A stretch of DNA of 64,000 nt from Prorocentrum cordatum (Eukaryota): contig CAUYUJ010000155.1 in assembly GCA_963575745.1 (NCBI GenBank), positions 1 through 64,000 of the forward strand. The letters run 5' to 3'. This document shows, piece by piece, positions 13,001 through 24,730 of the stretch. Position 1 is the stretch's first letter. Every line of letters begins with the position of its first letter. The notes beneath the pieces are model-generated. The model was given only the letters and a program-made list of their open reading frames with translations, was not told the origin of the DNA and did not search any database. Both the position numbers and the translations under genes were made by a program.

Positions 13001-13058
13001 CCGCGGACGACTCGCGGTCGTCGGGTGCTCCGTGGCCTTGAGCCAAAATGGCTACGGA
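10036..13058 (-). mobile_element. Internally deleted, non-autonomous RNase-H-type LINE headed by DinoSL
   Basis: DinoSL at 13058-13037. ATG 12893 gives MARPSRGG..YWMCSCGGWNWDWRTTCLGCG (RanBP2-like finger), fused to post-RT sequence (RRARRLRVLQ..VHRAG). Then CCACG..LWHRLLEC and RNase H (LFLDGS..QTAKDGED..IDC..KVAAH..GNSRADYWAK), with several frameshifts. No APE or RT motifs. Satellite lies on both sides. Confidence 0.88.
13037..13058 (-). other. Dinoflagellate spliced leader (DinoSL), perfect 22-mer
   Basis: Plus-strand CTTGAGCCAAAATGGCTACGGA is the reverse complement of TCCGTAGCCATTTTGGCTCAAG. Confidence 0.97.
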
Positions 13059-13059
13059 T

Positions 13060-13355
13060 TGCTCCTGTGTGGTCAGCCGTGCTCCTGCGTGGTCTGCCGT
13101 GCTACTGTTTGGATTGCCATGCTCCTGTGTGGTCAGCCGTGCTCCTGTGTGGTCTGCCGTGCTCCCCTGTGGTCTGCCGTGCTCCTGCGCGGTCGGCCGT
13201 GCTACAATAGTATGCAGTGTTCCTGTGGTATGCCGTGCACCTTTTTGGTATGCCGCGCTCCTGTGTGGTCTGTCGTGCTCCTGCGCTTCGCCGTGATCAT
13301 ATGGTATGCCGTGCTCTTGTGATCTGCCGTGCTCCTATGCTATGCCGCGCTCCTG
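13060..13355. repeat. Same 18-20 bp satellite, right arm
   Basis: GCTCCTGTGTGGTCAGCCGTGCTCC repeats directly abut the DinoSL. Confidence 0.9.
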
Positions 13356-14552
13356 TACATACATAGCGTCGGAAACAGCTCATCCGAGGCTGCATGCTTC
13401 GCGGATGTCTGCAGCGAGAGCCCCATTTGAAGAAACAAAGAAATCACGAACAAAAATAGCATATCGTCATCACGCGGATGTCTGCAGCCAGAGCCTCACT
13501 GTTTGAGAACATCGTCGTAGGGCCGATATTCCAACATCCCCTGTTGGGGAAGATGGGTCAAGCGAAACGCTTGGGTTTGAAAAGCCTATGCTGGTGTGAG
13601 GACTTCCCTAGCGAAATCGTCATTCTCAGTCGTCTCCGGGGCGCTGGTGGGGTCATGTTGGGGCCCGTTTGGGGGTCCTGGGGGCCGAGTTGATGCCCTC
13701 TAAAACCATGGCAATGCGATGGTAGACACATGTGTTGCTTGAGGATGTCCCTAGCGGAATGGTCATGTTTAGGAAGCTGGCCTGAGCCGGGTTGAAGCCT
13801 TTTTTTCGAAACCGGTTCCAAGACTACGTTAGACCCGCAGTTGTCGCAACGATGCTATCACGTGCGCCACTTGTTTGGCGATGTCCCCAGCGTAATCGTC
13901 ATTCGCGGCACTCCTTAGGGCGCTCTTACAGCAAGATTGGAGTCATCTGGCGGCTATGATTGTTCGTCTTCAAACACTTCGAGAACGACACCAATACGAT
14001 GGTGAGCACATATCATGTGTTGAGGATACCCCCTGCAACATGAACACACTGAAAAACGACGTCGGCACATACAGTTGTGTTTGCCTGCCGTGCTCCTGCT
14101 CATTGTCTGACGATGTCCCCAAGCGTCGGTTTAAACATAAGAGGTAGTGCAACACATCTGTCGGCATCGCGTCGCTTCGAAAATACTTCAGGCGAAACGC
14201 TCATGTTCGGAGATGTGCAATTGTTGCGACGTTCATGTTTTGAAGGGTCTCTCGCGCGACATGCCCATTGCCGCGAGGCTGCCTCCGGCGATAAACTCAT
14301 GTTAAGCAATCCGCCCATGAGAACTCCCGCGCGGTCCACCACGGTGCATAGCAAGATTTTGAACATGCGATGCATACTCAGGCAAAACGTCCAGCTCGAT
14401 TCTCGTTCCTCGAAGGCGCTTCCCGTCATCCACCGACCGATCTGCATTTTGCGGCCCCTAGCCGTTTGCCCCTCAGGTCTTATTTCTGCATTGATTCCTT
14501 ACCAAATTTTCTCCAATACTCCCATTACCTTCTCGCTCCGAGAAGCCGCTGA

Positions 14553-16176
14553 TTTTTGAAGACGCAACCCCGACACTGAGGTCTCGCGAGCATTCGCAGA
14601 GCCAACCGCAGGGTCGGCCCGCGCGCGCGCGCCCACGGACGCAACATACGAGGTTGACCACTCTCCGGGGGGGAGCCCACATCAGCACGCGACCCTCCGG
14701 TCACGGGCTGGCGGCGAACAGTGATTTTCAAACGGCGCAACGCAGCGTGCGAAGGAGAAGCATAGCACAGCATAGCGGGAGCCGCCCTTACCAGCAATGC
14801 GAAGTCGGCAACGCCCCAGGCCACACAAGGGCAGGGCTGCGGGCCGAGCCAAACTCAAAGTCACCAACGCAGCGGGCAAAGAAGGAAGGAGGGCGGACGA
14901 GGAGGCAAAAGCGTTGGAGAGAAACAACAACAAAACAAAAAACAGGCGCCTGCGGCAGGCTTTACCAAAGAAATGAGCGCTGGTGCATGCACCCCGGTGG
15001 ACTCACCTGAAGTAGACCCGACATCCGAGCTTACTACTTCACTTTCTTGACCTCACGGCGCGGTGCGAGGAGCATGGTCGTCGTCGATCATAAGTCCCGC
15101 AAGTTCCTGCCACTTCGACGCCCCACGGGGTGGGATGGGTTCGATCTGCACACGGTGGCGGCCAGTCGCTCCGACACAGCAGCGCGACGCCTGGAACGGG
15201 TTCTTCTGGAGGGCCGGGCCTTCTCGCTGGCAGCGGACGCCTCCAGGGGTGCCGCAGGGGCCTGCAGCAAGGCGCTCTCGGCCACGTTCTCCTCCACGGC
15301 GGCGCCATCCTTCAGGGCGGCTCGATGCCCTCGAAGTGCCAACTGTAGGTGGTACAAGTCCGCTCGGAGCAAGGCATCGGGGCGCATGCCCTGCGGGTGC
15401 CCCCAGCACGCCTCGCCCGCCTCCGCGGCCGCCGCCCTGGCGGTCTCGCCCTCGGAATTGTACGACTCCACCGCGCGGCCCATGTTCAGCTCCGTCTTGG
15501 CGTCGCTCTCGAGCTCCAGGGCCACGCGCAAAGGTAGGCGGTACTTGGGGGGCGATTTTGGCCATCTCCGTCAGCGGCGCCCTCCCTGCACAGGGCACCG
15601 GTAGGGGCACGTTGGTCGGCGAGACAGGTGGGCCACCCAACGCGTTGCCTACGCGCGTGTTGCATACGCATGCCCACCAGGTGCCCCATCTGCCATCGCT
15701 GCGCAACTGCGATACCGCCCCGTGAAGCAATCCGCGCGGATTGCAGCCGTGGGGAAGGCGTGATAACGTAGTTGGGGCGGCCCCAGATCCGAGCTTCAGG
15801 CGAGTAAGTTGCGTCGCCGTCTGGGGTGGCCACATAGCTGGAGCGCGCCGCAACGTCCTGGCCTTCATGAGGGTCGACCTCAGGCCACACCCGCCCTCTG
15901 GCGAGCATAGCACGGCGGGCGCGGTGATAGCTCCACGTGCTGTGCACTGGCTCGCTCCCGTCGTAGTAGTCATCCTGCGACGCGGAGCTCCACGGCGGTC
16001 GCGCCGCAACCGAACGCTCGGCCCTCCAGCGCAGTGAATTTCGGCTAGCGATGGCGCACAGAAGAGAAACGAAACATGACAAGCCCCGCAGTCGACTGAT
16101 GATCATGCTGCGCGGGGGCTTGCGACCCCGCAGACACGAGAAACGACGCCAGAATCGCTCGAACCAGGGCCTTGAG
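14553..16176 (-). mobile_element. Cassette 2 of a head-to-tail pair: SL-like 5' end, conserved N-terminal ORF, variable middle, conserved ~420 bp 3' block
   Basis: 15850-16176 is homologous to 17105-17435, and 14553-14940 is homologous to 16183-16600. ORF from ATG 16106. Ends in GGGGTTGCGTCTTCAAAAA. Confidence 0.55.
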
Positions 16177-16182
16177 AAGGCG

Positions 16183-17435
16183 TTTGTTCTGAAGACGCAA
16201 CCCCACCCTAAGAGGCCTCGCGAGCTCCCACATAGCCAGCCACAGGACCGACTAGCACGCGCGGGCGTCCGCGAGCGTCACATCCGAGGCGACCACCCAC
16301 CGGTGGAAGGCCCGCACGACAGAACACGGCCCTCTGGCCGAGCGCTGGCGGCAGGCCGTGGATTCAAACAGCGCAACGCGAAGCGTGCAGGATAAGCATA
16401 GCACGGTGCCACAAGAGCCGCCCTGACCAGCAGATGCAAGTCGGCAGCGCCCGACGTGGGATACGGAGAGGCGGCAGACAATCAGGTCGACCACCTGCCT
16501 GCGGCTGCAGGCCGAGCCAAACTCAAAGTCACCAAGCAGCGTGCCGAGGAATTGAGGCAGAGAAGACAAGTACAGGCGTTGGAAAAACACCAAACTGAAC
16601 AAGATGATGGTCGGTGCATCACTTGGCACGGCTGGGGCGTGGGATGTTGCGGGGCGCCGTCGCCCACGGAGTCAACTGTCCGCCCACGCACACACAGAGA
16701 TCACTGAACTGCGAGCCGTAGTCCGCCGCGAACCAGCGCAGGTTGACCGAATTGAAGCCGCACCACCGAGACGAGTAAGTGCCCCATATTTGCAACCTTG
16801 TGAACGCGATGCGTACCTTCCAATACAGTGTAGTCTTCGCTCGTGAAATGGTCTGGAGATCCACATCCACGTCGTCGAAGAAGCACTTCATACGCGCCGA
16901 CAGGCGCCGCTTAGCAGGTACAATCACAGCGGGAAACCTTTGTAGAAGCCATCTGCAAAGGCCTCGAGCCAAACGCCCGTACTGGGGCACCACTGTGGTG
17001 AGTACATTGCCCCACGTGGCAAGAAACATTAGACGCCGACCCGTGCGCCACAGTCCATCCGTTCGTTTGTGTCACACCGTAAGATGGATCCACTGAGCTT
17101 GACTATGCCACGACGTCCTGGCCTTCCGAAAGAAGGGTCCTGACCCATGGCCACCCCCTGGCGGCCAGGAGCCGGCTGGCTCGGTGATAGTTCCTCATGC
17201 TGTGCACTGGCTCGCTCCCGTCATGAGTGACATCCGACGAAACAGAGCTCCACGGTGCTCGTGCCGCCACCGAACGTTCCGCCCTCCAGCGTTGGGTATT
17301 TCGGCGAGCGGCGGCGTTAACAAGAGAATCGAAACACAACATGTCCCGCAATCGACTGAGTACCATGCTGTGCGGGGGCTTGCGACCCCGCTGGCATGAG
17401 AAACAATGCCACAATCGCTCGAGCCAGGGCCTTTG
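16183..17435 (-). mobile_element. Cassette 1 of the same head-to-tail pair
   Basis: ORF from ATG 17366 (MVLSRLR..RWRAERSVAARAPWSS..DGSEPVHS..EGQDVVA*). Ends in GGGGTTGCGTCTTCAGAACAAA. Confidence 0.55.
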
Positions 17436-18479
17436 AAGAGGAACTTCTCGTCATCCGCCAGCGAGCTTCCCGGTGAGATCGGCACCCTTCAATCAAAGAA
17501 AAGTAATACCCCTGGATCAACGGTGCACGCCAGAGGCGCTTCCCCGCAAACATACGCTTGTTTGATCCGATTCGGCCACTCGTGGAGGCTGCATTCCTGG
17601 TCTCCTCTGGTCCTGCGCCCAATCCTCTGAGCCTCAATCCTCAGTCCTGAGGCGTCTTCCAGGGACCCGGGCCCCAAATTCTGAAAATCTCCTGGGGCTT
17701 GCCGCGTCTGGTCGCTTAACTCAGTCGGGGCCAAGAGGACCCAAGACGGCCCAAGACGGACCCAGAGGGCCCCAGGAAGCCTTCGAGACGGCTTAAGAGG
17801 ACCCCGACCCGTCGAAAGATCGCCACAAGACGCCCAAAATGGTGCGATGACGGCCGAAGAGGCCTCGAGGACGCCCCAAAAGGCCTCGAAGAGGCCTCTC
17901 ATGAAGGCCCGAAGAAACCAAAATAGTTGATTGGCCTTAGGGTTCTGAAAGTTTCGGGCGTTCTCGCGTATTCGGCTTCCCGACGCTCCAAGACGGCCCA
18001 AGAGGCCCCCAAGATAGTTTCAATACGGCCCAAGAGAGCCCCAAGACGGCCCCAAGACGGCCCAAGAGAGCCCCAAAACGGCCCACCAGGCGCCCAGAAC
18101 GGTCCAAGAAGGCCCCAAGACGGCTCCAAGAGGGGCTCAAGAATGCGAACACGAAATGAAAAATCTAGCCTTCCACCCCGAGAGGCCCCCAGGAGGCCGC
18201 ACGAGGCCCTAAGAGGCCTCCAAGAGGCCTCCAAGAGGCCCCCAAGAGACCCCAAGAGGCCCCCAAGAGGCGAGAAAGAGGCTCCCAAACGGTCTTCCAG
18301 AGGCCCCCACGAGGCCCCCAAGAGGCTCCCAAGAGGCCCCCCTCCCAAGAGGCCCCCGAGAGCGCCCTGAAGAGGCCCGAGGAAGCATCTCTGCTGTTAG
18401 ATAAACAGGCAGCACAGCCTTCCAACGCGCACTGTGTCCATTATGTGCTCACCCCCATGGACAAGTAAGAACATGCAGC

Positions 18480-18512
18480 ATATATAAGTATAGATATGTG
18501 TGTTTGTATGCG

Positions 18513-18550
<38 letters not shown>

Positions 18551-18965
18551 TACATATGCATATGTACATACATATATATGTCACTATACATAATGCATAC
18601 ATGCATACAAACATACATGCATGCGTATGTGCAGACATGCGTACATGCATACATGTATATGCACATGTATACCTACGCACATGCATGCCTGTATGCATGC
18701 ATGCATATACATACATACATACAGGCATGCATGCATACATACACACATACGTACGTACACACGTACCTGCATACGTACGTATGTACGTATAACGCCATAC
18801 CTACATACGCACACATACAAACATACATACCTGCATACATACACACACATACATACATACATACATACATACATACATACATACATACATACATACATAC
18901 ATACATGCATGCATGCATGCATGCATGCATGCCTGCCTGCATGCATACACACAAGCATAAACATA
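18480..18965. repeat. (TA)n/(CATA)n/(CATG)n compound microsatellite
   Basis: Directly visible. Confidence 0.95.
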
Positions 18966-19899
18966 CAACGTGGGAAAGGATGGATTTGGGACCTGTCCCA
19001 AAAATACCAGCAGTGAAGGGCTATAAAACTACCCGACTAAACCAAAGAACACACACTACCCGCACACACAGACAACAACAGCAACAACAACAACAACAGC
19101 AGCAGCAACAACAACACAAATTATGCCGTCCCACGGACCACTTGGGTCCCCGAGCGCACGGTTTCAGCAAGCTGAAGGCGAAATTACGTGTCCCGCAAAA
19201 CGGCGACACTTCAACTTCGTGATCAAAGCTCGAAACCGGAATGCTAAAGGTATGGAACACATAGAAAAATTGAGGTATGTGTGGATTGTGGGCGTCCTCC
19301 AAGGGGAAGGGAAGAGGGAGGCAGAATGGGAGGGGAAGAAGAAGGGACAGGGGCAGTTGCAGGCGGGCAAGGGGGAGGGGGAAGGGGAGAGGGAAGGGGC
19401 GCAGGAGGGCGGAGGGAGAGGGAGAGGGAAGGGGAAAGGGAGGAAGAAAGGAGGGGGAGAGGGAAGGGGAAAGGGAGAAAGAGAAAAAAGGAGGAGGAAG
19501 GGGGAGGCGGCAGTGGCGCTCAAATGAGCTGCAAATCGCAAGCCCCGATGCCCTTGTCGTCCACGTATACCTTTGGGGCCCATGCACTTACATATGCGAT
19601 GTCTTCCCGCCCCCCATCCCCCACATCAACACTCCGTTCCTAAGTTCATGTTGGCCCAAGCGGTTGCACGGCCTTGCGCTTCCGTATCCTATCCCGCCTC
19701 CGAAAGATGTTGATGGAGGTCTCCGGAGGTCTCCGATGCCCTCGAGACCTGGAGGCCTCCAGAAACCCCAAGACGCCTCCAGACGCCCCGAAAGAATGCA
19801 TACATTACTCCGACGGTCGGGCCCGACACGAAAATCCATGTACCTTGCCCCTCGCCCTTTTCCTCTTCGACTGGCGCAGGCCCTCCTCCCGCTTCTGCG

Positions 19900-19935
19900 T
19901 CCTCCTCCTCCTCCTCCTCATCCTCATCCTCTTCC

Positions 19936-20007
<72 letters not shown>

Positions 20008-20008
20008 G

Positions 20009-20104
<96 letters not shown>

Positions 20105-20152
20105 TATAATCATCATCATCATCATCAGCAGCAGCATCAGCAGCAGCAGCAA

Positions 20153-20238
<86 letters not shown>

Positions 20239-20298
20239 TCATCATCATCATCAGCAGCAGCATCAGCAGCAGCAACATCATCGTCATCATCATCATCA

Positions 20299-20342
<44 letters not shown>

Positions 20343-20363
20343 CAGCATCAGCATCAGCATCAG

Positions 20364-20450
<87 letters not shown>
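19900..20450. repeat. (CAT)n/(CAG)n microsatellite
   Basis: Directly visible; another (CAT)n tract lies at 36540-37090. Confidence 0.95.
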
Positions 20451-20451
<1 letters not shown>

Positions 20452-20454
20452 ATT

Positions 20455-21330
20455 ATCCGCCGACCCCTTGTGGGTCTCTAGGCGTGTGAGATAGTTCCCC
20501 CCCCCTAACCCCCCCCCTGGGACCCCAAACCGGAGATTCGAACCCCCCCCCCCCGGGCCCACCACGAGCGCATCACGGGGCTCTTTTGGGCCCAAAAGGG
20601 GATCAAGACGGGCCAAGAAGGCCCCAAGACTCCTCCAAGACGGCTCACGAGAGCTCCGAGGCGCCAAACGAGCGCTCCCAGACGCCCAAGATGCCCCCAA
20701 GACGAGCCTAGAGGCCTCCAAGACGGCCCAAGAGGCCTCCAAGAGCAGTCCTGAGAAGGGCCGAAGCGCCGAAAATCGTCAAATTCCTATGGGAAAACGT
20801 ACATTTTGATCATATACTACCTGTCGGCCTTCACGGCGTTGAAGACGGTCCCAGAGCACCCCAAGACCGCCCCGAGAGGCCCCCAAGAGGCGCCCAAGTC
20901 GGCCCAAGAGGGCGCCAAGACGGCCCAAGAGGCCCCCAAGACAGCCCAAGAGGGCCCCAAGACGGCCCCAAAAGGTGCCCAAGAGGGGGAGCCCGAACCG
21001 ACAATTCGAGCCTTCCGCCCCAAGACGGCCCCAGAAGGCCCCAAGAGGCCCCAAGAGGCCCCCAAGACGCCCACAAGAGGCCCCAAGAGGCCCCCAAGAG
21101 GCTACAAAACGGCCTCAAAACGGCCCCCAAGAGGCTTCGAAACTGCCTCCAAGAGTCCCGCGAGAAGCCCCCCAAGAGATCCCAGGGCGTCGAGATGACC
21201 CCAAGCGGATTCCACATGGCCCCAAGAGAGGTCATTATGGACCCCTACACGACTCCCCAGCCCGATTCAAGCGAGCCGGCAAGACCGCCAAGATGAGGGG
21301 TCGGCGGATGTGGCGTAAGCCTATAGAATC
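20455..21330 (+). mobile_element. Helentron/DINE-1-like non-autonomous element
   Basis: 13-bp subterminal IR ATCCGCCGACCCC (20455-20467) / GGGGTCGGCGGAT (21297-21309); 5' hairpin; 3' hairpin GGCGTAAGCC (21312-21321); central CCAAGAGGCCC-type repeats. Confidence 0.65.
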
Positions 21331-22144
21331 ATAGTCCTTATCGCCCTACCCGTTACATTTCTTATCCTTCTCCTCCTCCTCCTCCTACGCCCCCTCCTCC
21401 TCCCTCCTCCCCCTCAGTATCCTCCTCCTCCTCTCCTCCTCCTCCTCCCTCCTCCCTCCTCCTCCTCCTCCTCCTCCTCCTCTCCCTCAGTATCCTCCTC
21501 CTCCTCCTCCTCGTCCTCGTCCTCCTCCTCCTCTTCCTCCTGCTCCTCCTCCTCGTCCTCCTCCTCCTCCTTATCCTCCTCCTCTTCCTCCTCCTCCTCA
21601 TTATCCTTTTCCTTGATAGTATCATTTTCCTTATCCGCGTCCTCCTCCTCCTCCTCCTCCGCCTCCTCCTCTTCCTCCTCCTCATCAGCATCAACATAAT
21701 CAGCAGCATCCTCATCAGCATCAGCAGCATCATCAGTATCAGCATCATCATCAGCATCATCCTACGTCTCCTCCCTCTCCTCCTCATAATCCCCCTCCTC
21801 TTCCTCGTATGCTTCTTCCTCCTGCTCCACTTTCTCAACCTTCTCGACCTCCTCATCTCCATCCCGCCTGCTCTCCTCATGCACCTCGCCTTCCTCATGG
21901 CAGGGGCGCGAATGTCGATGTTCTTCGACGCCCTCGCCGCCACGGCCAGCAGGGGACACGTTTTCCGACTGTAAAATCGCGAAGCCGTCGGGACAACCCT
22001 GCGGACCAGGCCGTTGGGACAACCACGCGAGTCGCTGGGGCGCGGGGGCAAGTCGTTGAGACAACCCCGCAGGCACCGAGCAAGCCGCGGCCGCGCTCAC
22101 GCGGGAGGCAGCACGAAGACCAGTTCTGCCGCGAGGGGAACCAA

Positions 22145-23600
22145 GCTCGGATTAGAACATGATGAAGTGCGGGTCCCTTTTAAGGAGGGGGCTCCCGCCT
22201 GAGACGTCCACGCGATTCACTCACAGACGAGGCTGCCGTCTGAGACTTCCTGTATGTTCAGGCCTGAGGAGCTCAGAAGTGACGACAGGCACAAGAGCTG
22301 GAGGACCCGATCGAAGTAGAACATCATGAAGTGCTGGCCCAATAGGGAGGGGGCTCCCGCCTGAGACTTCATCGCAATTCACTCACAGATGAGGCTCCCG
22401 TCTGAGACTTCCTCGATGTTCAGGCCTGAGGAGCCCAAAAGTGACGACAGATGCGAATCTGGATGACCCGCTCGGGCTAAAACAAAAAGTGCGGGCCCCA
22501 TAGAAAAGGGGACTCCCGGCTGGGACTTCCTCTATGTTCAGGTCTGGGGAAACCAAACGCGACGAAAATTACAAAATTTGGATGACCCGCGTGGATTGGG
22601 TGCTCCCGCATGGGACTTCCTCGCGATTCATTCACGGACGAAGCTCCCATCTGAGGCGTCCTCCATGTTCAGGTCTGAGGAGCCCAAGCGCGACGACAAT
22701 TACAAGATTTAATGACCCACTCGGATTAGAACATGAAGTGCTGGCCCCATATAGGGAGGGGGCTCCCGCCTGAGACTTCCTCGCGAGTCACTCACAGATG
22801 AGGCTCCCGTCTGAGACGTCTTCTATGTTCAGGCCTGAGGAGCCCAAAAACTGACGACACTTACAGGATCTGGGTGGCCCGCTCAGATTACAAGCATAAA
22901 GCGCGGGCCCCATAGGGAGGAGGCTCTCTCCTGAGATGTCCTCGCGATTCGCTAACAGACGAGGCTCCCGTCTGAGACCTCCTATGTCTTATGTTCAGGC
23001 CTGAGGAGCCCAAAACTGACGACAGTGACTGGGTCTGGATGACCCGCTCGGCTTAGCACATGAAGTGCGGGCCACATAGGGAAGGGGCTCCCGCCTGAGA
23101 CGTCCACGCGATTCACTTGCAGACGAGGCTCACGTCTGAGACTTCCTCGATGTTCAGGCCTGAGGAGCCCAAAAGTGACGACAGTTATAAGATCCCGATG
23201 CCCCGCGAGGATTAACACAAAAAGTGCGGGCCCCATGAAGAAGGAACTCCCGGCGTGAGTTCCTCGCGATTCACTCACTGACGAGGATCTCGTCTGAGAC
23301 TTCCTCTATTCAGGCCTGAGGAGCCCAAACGTGACGACAATCACGAGATGTGGATGACCCGCTCGGATTAGTACACGAAGTGCGGGCACAATAGGGAGGG
23401 GACTCCCGCGTAAGATTTCCTCGCCATTCACTCACAGACGAGGCTCCCGCCTGAGACTTCCTCTATGTTCAGGCCTGAGGAGCCCAAACGTGCAACAGTT
23501 ACAGGATCTGGATGACCCGCTCGGATTAGAACATGAAGGGCGGGCCCCATAGGGGGAAAACTCTCGCATGAGACTTCCTCGCGAGTCACTCACAGACGAT
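22145..23600. repeat. ~160-bp tandem repeat, about 9 copies
   Basis: TGAGAC..CGCGATTCACTCACAGAC at 22201, 22362, 22611, 22771, 22932, 23096, 23256, 23411 and 23569. Confidence 0.9.
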
Positions 23601-23969
23601 GATGATTGCCGACGACATGATGATGACTGAGTGGGTGATGAGTGCATGCGACTGGGTGAGCGAGAGGAAGCGTGAATGGTTGATGGCGATGATGATGATT
23701 GCCGATGACCATAATGGGAGCGTGACATGATAATGAATGAGTGGGTGATGAGCGAATAAGCGAGAAAGTGAACGGGTGATCATGATGATCGGTGATCATG
23801 ATGGGATGGTCATGACAGGAGGAGGGGTGAGGTGTGAGGCTTCTGCGTGGAGGTGTGCAGAGAAAACAAGAAGCCCACTCAGGATGTGGGAAAAAACAGC
23901 AAACGCCCGCTCGCGCTTCTCCTCTTACTCCTCCCCCGCCTCCTCCTCCTCCACCCATCCCTCTTCCGT

Positions 23970-24730
23970 ATCCGCCACCGTGCCGCGAGGCACGAGTTGC
24001 TGTTTTCAAATCCCTCGGATTCTCCGTCCTCAATCCAGGGATTAAATATTGAACGGCCATTGCCAGAGTTCTTGGGGCTTCCCGCGTGTTCTCCCGGGCT
24101 TGGCGCGTGCCCCCACGTGGCTTCTCCGGCGGCAAGAGGGCCCCCAGTCGGGCCAAAAAGCTCCAAGAGAGCCCCAAGACGGTCCAAAAAGACCACGAGT
24201 CGGCCCAAGAGCTTTCCAAGACGCCCCAGGCGACCTCAAGACGGCCCAAGAGGCCCCCAAGAAGCTCCAAGAGAGCTTCAATAGGGCACCCAAGAAGGCC
24301 CACAGAGCCCAAAATTAAGGATTTTCGCTTCCATCTTTCAAACATGCCAGCGTTCTCGCATTTTCGGGCTTCCGACGCTCCAAGACCCCAGAGGCCCCCA
24401 CAGTGGACACAGGCAGTCCAGGAGCGCCATCTGACGGCTCAAGGGGGCCGGGCCCCAGGTGGGGGAACGCGACTTGACATGTCGCGCCCTCCGCCCCAAG
24501 ATGAGCCCCGAGACCTCCAGCAGGCCCTCAAGGGGCCCCTCAAAAGCCACAGCGGGCCCCCATGAGGCCCAAATCAGGCTCCCAGAAAGAAGCCCCCGAG
24601 AGGCCCAAAGACACCCTCCAAACTGCCTCGCAGAGGCTTCCGAAAGGCCTTCCAAGATACCCCCACAGGCATCCAAGAGGCCACCGACCTACAACTTAGG
24701 CACGGTGGCGGGCTGGACCGACGGCCGCCA
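23970..24730 (+). mobile_element. Helentron/DINE-1-like non-autonomous element
   Basis: CCGCCACCGTGCC (23972-23984) / GGCACGGTGGCGG (24699-24711); 5' hairpin CGTGCC-GCGA-GGCACG; CCAAGA-rich core. The same 5' end recurs at ~34813. Confidence 0.62.
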
